From assembly GCA_963769425.1 (NCBI GenBank), contig CAVYLP010000006.1:384001-448000 (forward strand): a stretch of 64,000 nt of DNA. The letters run 5' to 3'. This DNA is from Candidatus Bathyarchaeota archaeon (GTDB lineage: Archaea; Thermoproteota; Bathyarchaeia; TCS64). How positions within the stretch are numbered: position 1 is the stretch's first letter; every line of letters begins with the position of its first letter. Shown in pieces: positions 19,526 through 29,007 of this stretch. Position numbers and translations under genes: made by a program. The notes below the pieces were generated by a model. It was not told where the DNA came from. It ran no database searches and was given only the letters and a program-made list of their open reading frames with translations.

Positions 19526-20460
19526 AAGCGTGCCATGACCTTATCCGCGAACACGGGCATGTCGGCCCAGTCGGTGAAACTAAGGGTTATGAGCCCTATA
19601 TCCCTGTCAACATACTCTGTTATCTGCGCTACAACCTTGTCGGGGGTTCCGAAGCCGGGGCCCAGCCTCTTCCGAAGCTCTTCTGGGGTCTGGCCGCGCA
19701 TAGCGGCCGTCTTCTTGAGCCGTTCCACCGCATCTGCCTCGCTCTCGCCGAGGAGGATGCTGAAGGCCGTCGCTTTCCTAATTGAGTTGTAGTTCCTCCC
19801 CAGCCTCTCGCAGTGGCCGCGGAGGGCGGAGGTCTTCGCCTCGAGGATGCTGAGGTCGCCGGTGAAGAAGTGGCTGATGTTGGCGTGCTTCGCCGCGAGC
19901 TGGAGTGTTACCTTCTCACCCCCGCCTCCAACCATGATGGGGATTGGTTTCTGGATCGGCTGGGGCTTGTTGAGGACGTTCTCAACCTCGTAGAGCTTCC
20001 CCTTGTAGGTGAAGTGATCATTCGAGAACATGCCCTTGCATATCTCGATCGTCTCCCTAAGGCCGCGTAGCCTCTCCGCGGCGGTCGGGTACCTGCCCAT
20101 GAAGCCGTTGAATTCGTCCTCGTGCCACCCCGCGCCGATGCCGAAGACGAGCCGACCACCCGAGATTATGTCGACGCTCGTCGCCATCTTCGCCAGCACC
20201 GTCGGTCTCCTGTATCCATAGCAGCCGACGAGTGGGCCGAGCCTGACCCGCTTAGTCACAGCCGCGAGGCTGGAGAGGAGCGTCCAGCACTCCAGTGGGT
20301 GGTTGTCCTCACCCTTCGGGTTCCACATGTTCATGAAGTGGTCCGTCGTCGTGAAGAGGTCGTAACCACTCGCCTCGACGCCGAGGCAGGCCTCCCTCAT
20401 ATAACCCCAGTCCTTCCCCTCGGAGGGGAGGTGGACACCAAACCAAACATCTCTCGCCAT
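19522..20460 (-). CDS. LLM-class (probably F420-dependent) oxidoreductase
   Basis: 'DHF', 'LAKMATSVDIISGGR', 'GIGAGWHEDE', 'PIMVGGGGEK'. Confidence 0.88.
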   Translation of the reverse strand: MARDVWFGVHLPSEGKDWGYMREACLGVEASGYDLFTTTDHFMNMWNPKGEDNHPLECWTLLSSLAAVTKRVRLGPLVGCYGYRRPTVLAKMATSVDIISGGRLVFGIGAGWHEDEFNGFMGRYPTAAERLRGLRETIEICKGMFSNDHFTYKGKLYEVENVLNKPQPIQKPIPIMVGGGGEKVTLQLAAKHANISHFFTGDLSILEAKTSALRGHCERLGRNYNSIRKATAFSILLGESEADAVERLKKTAAMRGQTPEELRKRLGPGFGTPDKVVAQITEYVDRDIGLITLSFTDWADMPVFADKVMARF

Positions 20461-20501
20461 ATGAATCAGTGAATGAGGGGAGCCACGGGATTAGAACGTT
20501 G

Positions 20502-21371
20502 TCAGAGGAGGAGCGAGCCGACGGAGGCGACGAGGAAGGCGAACAGGGAGAGAATGCAGCCCGACGCGATGGAGTCCAGTCTCGAAAATTTGTCACTCGC
20601 GAAAAGGTTCCCCAGGAGTACTGCCACAAGTGGGATGATGCTCGCGATAGCCATGGCTTTGCCCGAGAAAAGTGACAGAATCACGGTGGAAGCGATGCAC
20701 AGGAGCAGGGCGACAATAAGACACGCCCTCCAGCCGAACCGCACAACGAGGTTCATCTTACCCCCCGCCCTATCCGCCTCCACATCTGGAAGCTCAAGAC
20801 TCACCCCGAGGACAAAACCATACAACACAAGCGCCAACGAGACCAACACAAACCCCGTATCAAGGATGCCCTTAACAGCTAGGTAACCAGCAGCGGGGAC
20901 GCCGAAGCCAGTCCCGACGGCTATCGCGGCCTCACCGAGGCCACGGTAGGCGAGCTTGATAGGTGGCAGGGAGTAGAGCCAACCCAACGCGTTCGTCGCC
21001 AACGTCAAGGGGATGATAACCGGGGATACCTCCATCCCCACCGCGAGCACCGCCAAGGCTATCGAGGCTAGAGATAGCACCTTCGCCACGTCTAAGGCTG
21101 GGATCATCAGGTCAGCCCTCGCCGCGAGCATGTTGCTCCCCCCGAACGTCTTCCTAGGCGCCACCCGGTCGAGCCCCACGTCGAAATAGTCGTTACTAAA
21201 GTGTGTGGAGAGGTCCCCGAGCGCCACGACCCCATAGCAGATGACGAATATGAGCGGGTTGAACACACCGCCGGAGGCTAGGCCGAGAAGCGCGCCTAGC
21301 GCGCAGCCGAGGGCGCCTCCGAGTAGGATGGGGAGTCGAACCACACGAAGCAGATCAACTCTCCCAGCCAT
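20502..21371 (-). CDS. UbiA/MenA-family prenyltransferase
   Basis: 'NDYFD', 'YSLPPIKLAYRGLGE', 'PDVEADRAGGK'; probable ATG start at 21371. Confidence 0.82.
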   Translation of the reverse strand: MAGRVDLLRVVRLPILLGGALGCALGALLGLASGGVFNPLIFVICYGVVALGDLSTHFSNDYFDVGLDRVAPRKTFGGSNMLAARADLMIPALDVAKVLSLASIALAVLAVGMEVSPVIIPLTLATNALGWLYSLPPIKLAYRGLGEAAIAVGTGFGVPAAGYLAVKGILDTGFVLVSLALVLYGFVLGVSLELPDVEADRAGGKMNLVVRFGWRACLIVALLLCIASTVILSLFSGKAMAIASIIPLVAVLLGNLFASDKFSRLDSIASGCILSLFAFLVASVGSLLL

Positions 21372-21453
21372 ACCCAAGCTTCCTGTTCGATCGAAACCGG
21401 GTCGGGAAAGGTATTTTAATTGAACTGGTCGATACCAACAGCGTCCCGAGGGG

Positions 21454-22353
21454 GTAGACATAGAGACAGTCAAGGGATACGTCGACCTGACGCGCATCCA
21501 GTTCTTCTTCGTCTGGCCCCTCCTCTTTCTCTCCGGCCTCTTCCTCAGTTTCCCGATATACGGGGGCTTCGACTGGCTACTCGTCGCCAAGTCAGCTATG
21601 ATCGCCCTCCTCGGGTTCGAGGCGGGCTTCGTCCTCAACGACTACGTCGACCGCGACCTCGACGCGAAGGACGTGGAGCATGACAAGCTGACGAAGTACT
21701 GGAGGCTATTCGGCAGGAGACCACTCGCATCAGGAAAGGTATCGGCGAGGAATGCTCTCATTCTCTTCATCGTATTAGCAGCAGCTGCTGGCGCGCTGAT
21801 CCTCACCCTGCCCCCGCCCCACTCCTATTGGGTCCTCACCATAATGGCCTACAGCTACATCGTCGAGGTCTTCTACCAGCTAAGAAAAAGAAACCAGGGC
21901 TACCCCATCGCACAGCTCATCGGTCGCACCGACTTCAGCCTCTTCCCCGTCGCCGGGTACCTAGTCAACGGCCTGCCCGGCGTGGTCCCACTCCTCTACC
22001 TCCTATTCTTCTACCCCTTCGCCCAGGCGCACCTCGGGATGAATGACCTCATAGACTTGGCCAACGACGAAGTGAGAGGGCTAAAGACGATACCAGTTCT
22101 ATACGGACTAAAGAGGACTGGGCAGTGGGTTCTTGTGTTCACCATCCTCCATTTCGTGGGCGCAATCGTCTTCGCTACAGTGCTCAAACCAGTTGCAATA
22201 GTCGGTATCGCTCTGGGGCTCATCCTGCTCACCGTCGCAAACGTTACCGTTCAGAGGAAACCCACGCCCGAGTCCGCGCTTAAGGTCCTGCCCATGTTCC
22301 ACCTAGCGATGCTCGTTTATACGGCGTCGATTATCATCAGCTACTTCCTGTAA
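21454..22353 (+). CDS. UbiA-family prenyltransferase
   Basis: 'NDYVDRDLD', 'RPLASG', 'NDLIDLANDE'; family-like sequence extends upstream of ATG 21598 to 'VDIETVKGYVDLTR' without a canonical start. Confidence 0.8.
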   Translation, partial: VDIETVKGYVDLTRIQFFFVWPLLFLSGLFLSFPIYGGFDWLLVAKSAMIALLGFEAGFVLNDYVDRDLDAKDVEHDKLTKYWRLFGRRPLASGKVSARNALILFIVLAAAAGALILTLPPPHSYWVLTIMAYSYIVEVFYQLRKRNQGYPIAQLIGRTDFSLFPVAGYLVNGLPGVVPLLYLLFFYPFAQAHLGMNDLIDLANDEVRGLKTIPVLYGLKRTGQWVLVFTILHFVGAIVFATVLKPVAIVGIALGLILLTVANVTVQRKPTPESALKVLPMFHLAMLVYTASIIISYFL

Positions 22354-22415
22354 CGTTACCTACAGCCGCGTGAATACACCTTTAAACGCGGTCCGAGTAA
22401 CAAACCCTGACCTCG

Positions 22416-23720
22416 ATGACCGAGTACCAGCAGGCAGTCGAGTGGCTCTTCCAGATCAGGAGATTCGGCCCCGAGAGGACCCTCGACCCGATAATCCGCC
22501 TAGCCGGGCTCCTCGACGACCCCCAGAACAGCTACAAATCCATACACATCACCGGCACAAACGGTAAGGGCAGCACCTCAGCGATGATCGCAAGCATCCT
22601 ACGCGCTGCTGGCTACCGAGTTGGACTCTTCACCAGCCCACACCTAGAGCGATTCACCGAGAGGATAATGGTCGACGGCGAGGAGATACCCGAGGAGGAC
22701 GTCGTGAGGCTCACCAAGCTCATTAAGCCCCTGGTCGAGAGGCTCGACGCCGAGCCTCAGCGCGTCCACCCACTCTTCTTCGACATCGTTACCGCCATGG
22801 CCCTTAAGTACTTCGAGGAGATGCGTGTCGACTTCGCCGTTCTCGAGGTCGGTATGGGAGGACGCCTCGACGCCACTAACATCGTCAACCCCCTCGTCTC
22901 CGTCATCACGAACATCAGTCTCGAGCACACACATGTCCTCGGCGACACCGTCCTCAAGATCGCATACGAGAAGGCGGGTATAATCAAGCCCTATAGCGTC
23001 CTCGTCACAGCGACACAGGACGACTCCGTCTACGCCCTATTCGAGGAGAGGTGCAGGAGCATTGATACCGAGATACACAGGGTCGGGGGCGACATAACTT
23101 TTCGCAGGCTAGGGGGAGACCTACACTACCAGAGTTTCAAGGTCAAAGGGCTCAAGGGGAGCTACACCCTCCGGACCCCCCTCCTCGGGGGCTACCAGCT
23201 CTATAACGCGGCGACTGCCATCGGGGCCGTCGAATCTTTGAGTTACAGCAAAATCGAGATATCGGAAACCGCCATCGCCCGAGGCCTCGCCGAGGTCAGT
23301 TGGCCCGGCAGACTAGAGGTCATGCAGGAGCACCCACTCGTCGTCCTCGACTCCGCCAAGGACGCGGAGGCGACGCGCGCCCTCAGTGAAGCCGTCGACG
23401 AGCTGCCCCACCGGAAGCTCATAGCAGTCGTCAGCATAAGCAGCGATAAGAACATCCCAGAGATGATCCGGCACATAGCCTCCGTCGCGGACGAGTTCAT
23501 AGTCACGAGCCACAGCGTCATGGGACGGGCTGCGGAGAGGGATTTCATCGGCGGCGAGGTAGACAAGTACGTTTTACCCTGGGTTTCGGTGGAGAAGGTG
23601 GAGGACGCTGTGAACGCCGCCTTGGTCAAGGCGGGGAGGGACGACATGATCCTCGTGGCGGGCTCTGTCTTCGTTGTAGGCGAAGCTAGGAGAATCTGGA
23701 AAGGCACGGGCAAGTCCTAA
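22416..23720 (+). CDS. folC: Folylpolyglutamate synthase/dihydrofolate synthase
   Basis: 'HITGTNGKGST', 'TSPHL', 'LEVGMGGRLDATN', 'WPGRLE'. Confidence 0.93.
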   Translation: MTEYQQAVEWLFQIRRFGPERTLDPIIRLAGLLDDPQNSYKSIHITGTNGKGSTSAMIASILRAAGYRVGLFTSPHLERFTERIMVDGEEIPEEDVVRLTKLIKPLVERLDAEPQRVHPLFFDIVTAMALKYFEEMRVDFAVLEVGMGGRLDATNIVNPLVSVITNISLEHTHVLGDTVLKIAYEKAGIIKPYSVLVTATQDDSVYALFEERCRSIDTEIHRVGGDITFRRLGGDLHYQSFKVKGLKGSYTLRTPLLGGYQLYNAATAIGAVESLSYSKIEISETAIARGLAEVSWPGRLEVMQEHPLVVLDSAKDAEATRALSEAVDELPHRKLIAVVSISSDKNIPEMIRHIASVADEFIVTSHSVMGRAAERDFIGGEVDKYVLPWVSVEKVEDAVNAALVKAGRDDMILVAGSVFVVGEARRIWKGTGKS

Positions 23721-24832
23721 CCAAGGGACTCCACGAGCGCCGAAGCCTCCTCCTTTATGCGGGCTCTCATGACTGAGCATGAACCTAAGAGAACCACGCC
23801 CAACTCCTCACCCCTCGCCGCGACTACAAGTGCCTTACTAGCCAACTCAACCGGCTCCACGACGCAGCCTCCAACACCGGCATAGTCCATGAAGCCCCGA
23901 ATCTTCTCATCATAACCCACGCTGACGACAGGCACACCCTGGGAAGCTGCCAGAATCAGGGAGTGAAGCCTGAGACCGACGACGATGGATGCGGAACCTA
24001 GAAAGGCGGCAGCAGCGTGGGGTTCGAGAGTCTTTGCCAAGAAGTGGGAGGGCATAATCATCGACCCTCTGATTGACCCAATTTCGGCGAGATCGTCGTC
24101 GGTTGAGGCGATGTGCATCGGCAGGAAGACGACGATGTACCCTGCTTCGCTCAACTTGTCAGCTGCTCGTGCCAACCCTATACGGATTGATTCTATCTGC
24201 AGTTGTGTAATATGGTCATGGTAGTGTGCCCTATTTGATGCCGACAAGGCCCTCGGACATATCATAGCAATTTGGCCACGCTCTATACCCATTTTCTCCA
24301 GAAGTACTTGTACTGTTCCTCGGGGTGCGGGCTCGACGAAGAGGGCCGAGTCCCCAGTCAGATTAACCGGACCACCAGTTATCCCCTCTATTCGCCTCTT
24401 GCTTATCTTATCCCTAACCGAGATTCTTGTACGTAACAGCAATCTGCGCGTCAGCCATCGACCGTGAGGAGATTCGATCCTCTTCGCCCCGACGCCGAAA
24501 CAGGCGAGAGGCGCCTCTCGTCTTGCGAGCCCCATGTGAATGAGCCTTGACAGGTGATCATAATCGTAGAGAGGTGTTCCCCCAGTTACAAGAATTACAT
24601 CAGCGTGGGAGAAAGCATCGTAATTGGCGCCTCGGAGGAGGTACTCCTTCGGGCTGAGGAGCCTCTCAGCCTCAACCCCACAGATATCCCTCGTCCGCTC
24701 GGGGTCGATCGAGAGCGCGGTCACCTCCCCACCCGAGGAGACCTTTTGCAGCACCGACTTAACGCCGATCAGGATCGCGTCGTCCCCGACGTTGCCAGAA
24801 CCGTACCAGCCGCCGAAAGCGAGGAACCTCAG
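23717..24832 (-). CDS. Polysaccharide pyruvyl transferase family protein (CsaB-like)
   Basis: In-frame N-terminus LRFLAFGGWYGSGNVGDDAIL from CTG 24832; 'RDKIS', 'GLRLHSLI', 'YDEK'. Confidence 0.8.
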   Translation of the reverse strand: MRFLAFGGWYGSGNVGDDAILIGVKSVLQKVSSGGEVTALSIDPERTRDICGVEAERLLSPKEYLLRGANYDAFSHADVILVTGGTPLYDYDHLSRLIHMGLARREAPLACFGVGAKRIESPHGRWLTRRLLLRTRISVRDKISKRRIEGITGGPVNLTGDSALFVEPAPRGTVQVLLEKMGIERGQIAMICPRALSASNRAHYHDHITQLQIESIRIGLARAADKLSEAGYIVVFLPMHIASTDDDLAEIGSIRGSMIMPSHFLAKTLEPHAAAAFLGSASIVVGLRLHSLILAASQGVPVVSVGYDEKIRGFMDYAGVGGCVVEPVELASKALVVAARGEELGVVLLGSCSVMRARIKEEASALVESLG

Positions 24833-24834
24833 CG

Positions 24835-25953
24835 CTAACCCTCCCCGAGGGCCCTCCTGTACGCCTCGAGGTGGAGGTCGACCACCCTCCCGACCTCGTA
24901 GACCCCCTCGACGTGGGTCCTCCCCCGCCTACCCCTGCGAAACCAGTCCTCGGATGTGAGCATGGTCCGGATCGCGGAGGCGTAGTCATCCCCAGCGACT
25001 CTAAGACCGTAGGAGGATGTGAGACCATCCGGGTCCTCCCCGCTTATAATCGGGGTCTCATGTGCAAGCGCCTCGAGGAACGAGACGGGCAGGGCCTCCC
25101 GTATGCTCGTGTTGACGAGCGCCCAGCTCTCTCCTAGTATCCGCGACTTCTCAGCCTCGTCCACAAACCCCGTCATGGTGAGGTTAGGCAAACCGGCGTA
25201 TCGCCTCCTGATCTCCGCATCCCCTGTCGCGTCGTGCCCCTGCCCCATCGCCACGAAGTAGACATCAGGGAACCTACGGGCGATGTCGAGGAACAGCTTG
25301 ACACGCTTTTGCGGGTCCCAGCGGGCGAGGAAGCAGACAGTAGGCGTGTCCGACTTCCTCATTCTCCTCCTCGGGACGTAGACGGGATTGGGAAGGAGAG
25401 CCGGTTCATAACGTAGGCTGTAGAGCCTCCTCGCCCTTGATGAGAGGAAGCTCGCCTGCGTGTAGAGTGCCGTCGCCCCCCGGCAAGCCCGTGAGAGGAC
25501 CCTCCGCTCGAACCAGAGCCGCGCCCTAAACGAGGAGGTCATCCTGTAGCCTGGCTCGACGAGACCTATCCTCTTCCATTCGCCTTCGTCGTAGGGGTCC
25601 TGGAACGTGATGAGGTGCTTCCTCCCCGGGCAGGCTCTTTGGGCCGCCACGGTGTTGTAGCTCGCCTCCTGGCTGTGGTAGACGTCGGCGTTGACCTGTT
25701 TGTAGTAGGGGAGGGAGTCCATCCTCGACCAAAGGGCACGGACGAGGTGCGGTGCACTGGTGTGTGGTGGGTACCCGTAGACAGTGAAGCCGTCAAGCTT
25801 CTCTATCTCCTCCTGCCCGCGTCTACGCGGGGTTACGACATAAACCTCCACTCCTCTGAGGGCAAGCTCCCTCGCCAAGGTACGCGTGACGTACCCGAAC
25901 CCTCCATGTACGCCCCACGCAAAGGTCTCAGGGGACACGAAGCATACTCTCAA
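24835..25953 (-). CDS. Glycosyltransferase family 4
   Basis: 'HGGFG', 'RWDPQK', 'EALPVSFLEALA' (ExxxxxxxE). Confidence 0.88.
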   Translation of the reverse strand: MRVCFVSPETFAWGVHGGFGYVTRTLARELALRGVEVYVVTPRRRGQEEIEKLDGFTVYGYPPHTSAPHLVRALWSRMDSLPYYKQVNADVYHSQEASYNTVAAQRACPGRKHLITFQDPYDEGEWKRIGLVEPGYRMTSSFRARLWFERRVLSRACRGATALYTQASFLSSRARRLYSLRYEPALLPNPVYVPRRRMRKSDTPTVCFLARWDPQKRVKLFLDIARRFPDVYFVAMGQGHDATGDAEIRRRYAGLPNLTMTGFVDEAEKSRILGESWALVNTSIREALPVSFLEALAHETPIISGEDPDGLTSSYGLRVAGDDYASAIRTMLTSEDWFRRGRRGRTHVEGVYEVGRVVDLHLEAYRRALGEG

Positions 25954-26032
25954 AATCCCTCAGCGCTACTATCAGATCAATCATATAGATTTATATTTTA
26001 CTGATAATAATAGATGTTCTTTGGGTGTTGGG

Positions 26033-27008
26033 GTGTTGCCAGCTGTCTCCCTCGTCGTCCCGGTCCACAACGAGGCGGCGAAGATGTGGTCAAGCACCGT
26101 GGCCCTCAGGAAGCACCTTAGAAGGGTGAGCGAGTCCTTCGAGATCATCCTAATTGAGAACGGCAGCAGCGACGACACCCAGTTGGTTGCGGAGGCGCTT
26201 AGCTCAAGGTTCCACGAGATAAGGTGTCTGACGCTGCCACGAGGCCTCCCTCGGAGACGCACTTAAACTGGGAATCGATTCAGCCTCAGGAGACAAGGTG
26301 CTGTACTACCCCCTGGACCTCTCTGTCGGCCTCGAGTTCATCCCGAAGAGCCTCAAGCTCCTAGACGAGTACGACCTTGTGGTCGCATCGAAGAGACGCG
26401 GAGACGACGGTAGGCCAATGATCAGAAGGATTACGAGCATCAGCTACCATGGGCTGGTGAAGCTTTTCTACAGGACACACATTTCGGACACGACATGTGC
26501 CAAGGCGTTCAAGAAGGAGGCTATCAGCAGGCTTATCGACTGCTTCCCTGGTGCGAGCAGGGTCTTCGAGACGGAAATGCTTGTTGAGGCTGAGCGGCGG
26601 GGCATGAGGATAGTTGAGGTGCCTGTGAGCGTCGTCGAGAGTCGGAGGAGCCGAGAGACCCTTCTAAGGAAGGTGGAGACGAAGCTAGAGGATCTATTAT
26701 CCGCAAGGCTGGACAGACTCGCACTATTCTCGGGCGTCCCAGTGCTCCTAGCGGGCTTACTCTGGCTGATCATACTCGCCCTCGAGAAGCTCGGCTCACC
26801 CCTCTCCGGATTCCTGAGCCCCTATAGCCTCCTAGCCGCTGTCCTACTCATTTTGGGAGGATTCCAGATAGCGACATTCGGCCTACTATCGAGGCTGATG
26901 CTGCAGCTTCGGGGGGAGGTTACTAGGAGGAATGGGCGTGTGCTAGATGAGTCCGAGGAGCTGCCAGTAGGGTATTCCGGCGACGAGGACGATGAGGACC
27001 GATACTAG
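26033..27008 (+). CDS. Glycosyltransferase family 2 with C-terminal TM helices (frameshift near 26240)
   Basis: 'SLVVPVHNEA', 'ENGSSDDT', then second frame 'SDTTCAKAF', 'FETEML'. Confidence 0.78.
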
Positions 27009-28352
27009 GCTCAGCACGACACCGTACTTTATCATCTGCTGTTCCGTGAACCATCCCTCCGTGTGGAAGATGATGTTGGGTATCGTGTTCACTGGGAGGA
27101 TGACCGCTATCGGAGCGAGCAGTGCGACTGGAAGAGCTGTGAGGATCGGATTCGCGCCTTGGATGTTCGTTAACCCTATGACCACAGGGATCATCACGGT
27201 CGCGTAAACCGTCGTGCTCGTGAAGATCAGGTGTAGCAGCATTGCAACCAACACTATGAATCCGACAAACACTAGCGGGGAGAGGCTGCCTAGACCGACG
27301 GACTCGAATATCCTCACGGCTACGGGGTCCAAGGCCCTGTACTTCGCAACGACCCTGGCGAGGAACATGGAGGCAGCGAATAGGACGATGCTCCCCCATG
27401 GCACGGTCCCGCTGAATTTGCCTATCTCCATCACCCCCATTTGGGGGAGGAAGAGGAGCAGGCTCAGCCCCAGGCTTATCAGCCCGGCGTTGAGTGGGTT
27501 GTAGCGTTCGGTAATCCACAGGATTAGGGCAATGATGAAGGTCACGGCGACGACCATCTCCCTCTTGGAGACGGGGCCGAGCTGGTCCCTGATCCCGCAG
27601 ATCCTGTCGTAGGTCTCCTTCGAGGCCTCTATCTCGGGCTTGAACATCCGTGTTATGAGCAGGTAGCTCGCCGCGAGGAGTAGGACAGTTAGGGGGAAAG
27701 CCATTCTGAACCACTCCCCCCAGTCGAGGCGGAGGCCCGTGGATACGAGGATGTACTCCGCTGAGATCGGGTTGGGGACTGTGGCGGTTAGGAAGGCCGT
27801 GCTGCAGATGTTGTTCGCCGCCATTGCCATAAGCATCACCGCGGCGCCGAATCGGCTGCGCCCCTTCTCGACACCGAACGCCTCCACGAGCCCGATGCAG
27901 ATGGGGAGTATTATGAACGCTTTCGCAGTGGTACTCGGGCTCAGCGGAGCGATCGCGAGGCTAGCGACGGCGATCGCGAGGATGATGTTCCTCGGTTTGC
28001 ACCCCATTGAGGTCATTATCATGAGTGCGATCCGCTTTCCGAGTCCGCTTACCTCCATCCCCTTCGCAAGGACGAAGCCGCTCAGGATTATCCAGAGCCC
28101 ACTCGCGCCGTAGGTATTGAAGAGGCTGCTGATGAAGTCACCAACGTTGAGGCTCGCCTCGAAGACGGCGATGAGGGCAATGATGAGGAGGCTCGACTCA
28201 AGGTGTCGCTTAGGGTAGAGGCTCCAAAGGACCAGGGCGAGGAAGACCACACCGAGGATCTGGTTCTCGATGATCCCCCCGACGGCGAGGTAGCCAAATA
28301 TAAGAATCGTGAGGGCGGTGGCCGCATACTTGACAGCGTCCACCAATCTCAT
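26943..28352 (-). CDS. DASS/SLC13 anion (sulfate/dicarboxylate) transporter
   Basis: 'SGLGKRIAL', 'PSTTAK', 'FLTATVPN', 'LPVNTIPN'; many TM segments. Confidence 0.85.
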   Translation of the reverse strand: MRLVDAVKYAATALTILIFGYLAVGGIIENQILGVVFLALVLWSLYPKRHLESSLLIIALIAVFEASLNVGDFISSLFNTYGASGLWIILSGFVLAKGMEVSGLGKRIALMIMTSMGCKPRNIILAIAVASLAIAPLSPSTTAKAFIILPICIGLVEAFGVEKGRSRFGAAVMLMAMAANNICSTAFLTATVPNPISAEYILVSTGLRLDWGEWFRMAFPLTVLLLAASYLLITRMFKPEIEASKETYDRICGIRDQLGPVSKREMVVAVTFIIALILWITERYNPLNAGLISLGLSLLLFLPQMGVMEIGKFSGTVPWGSIVLFAASMFLARVVAKYRALDPVAVRIFESVGLGSLSPLVFVGFIVLVAMLLHLIFTSTTVYATVMIPVVIGLTNIQGANPILTALPVALLAPIAVILPVNTIPNIIFHTEGWFTEQQMIKYGVVLSLVSVLIVLVAGIPYWQLLGLI

Positions 28353-28414
28353 GGTGTACCATGTTGATGGTGTATGTATAATTCTTATGAAGGTGGAAAT
28401 TCTAATCCGTAACT

Positions 28415-28440
28415 CCGATATGCATGATTTGACGCTTCGA
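28415..28440. promoter_or_regulatory. Putative regulator box YCGATATG-N10-(CATATCGR), copy 1 (degenerate right arm)
   Basis: CCGATATG-catgatttga-CGCTTCGA just upstream of TATA-like TTTATC. Confidence 0.45.
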
Positions 28441-28484
28441 AGCGTTCTTTATCGGGTGACTGGGGTTACCTGATCAGTGGTTTA

Positions 28485-29006
28485 ATGGCTAAGAACATCT
28501 GGATAGCCCGCGATTACGCCGCTTGCAGTGGCTGCAAGCGTTGCGAGATCGCGTGCAGCATGAAGTTCGAGGGCTGGATATGGCCCGAGGCGTCGATGGT
28601 CAGGGTCTTCATGCCCTTCCCCGGGCTAGAGGTTCCGCATCTCTGCTCTCAGTGCGACGATTACCCATGCGTGGGTAGCTGCCCGACCGTTGCCCTCTCG
28701 GTAGATCCCGTAACGAAGGCGGTCATAGTCGACAAGGAGAAGTGTATAAGCTGCGGCAACTGCATACGCGCCTGCCCAGGCAACGTACCGATCCTCCACC
28801 CGGAGACGAACAAGGCCACCATCTGCAACCTATGCAACGGCGACCCCGAGTGCGTAAAGGTCTGCAAGGAGGCGGGCTACAACGCACTCATACTCGTGGA
28901 CGAGGGACCGGGACCGAACAGGAAGCTGTTTAGCCGCCACCCCGTCGAGGTGGCGAAGGAGCTCGCTGTCTACTTCTTCGGCGAGAAGGGTGAGGAGGTA
29001 ATCTAG
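28485..29006 (+). CDS. Polyferredoxin small subunit (WOR5-S-like) 1
   Basis: Four 4Fe-4S Cys motifs (CSGCKRCEIAC, CSQCDDYPC, CISCGNCIRACP, CNLC). Confidence 0.9.
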   Translation: MAKNIWIARDYAACSGCKRCEIACSMKFEGWIWPEASMVRVFMPFPGLEVPHLCSQCDDYPCVGSCPTVALSVDPVTKAVIVDKEKCISCGNCIRACPGNVPILHPETNKATICNLCNGDPECVKVCKEAGYNALILVDEGPGPNRKLFSRHPVEVAKELAVYFFGEKGEEVI

Positions 29007-29007
29007 G

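Noticed and set aside
26943-27008. 66-bp convergent overlap of GT2 and DASS genes
   Set aside because: Non-conserved-looking acidic tail; short 3' overlaps are common in compact archaeal genomes
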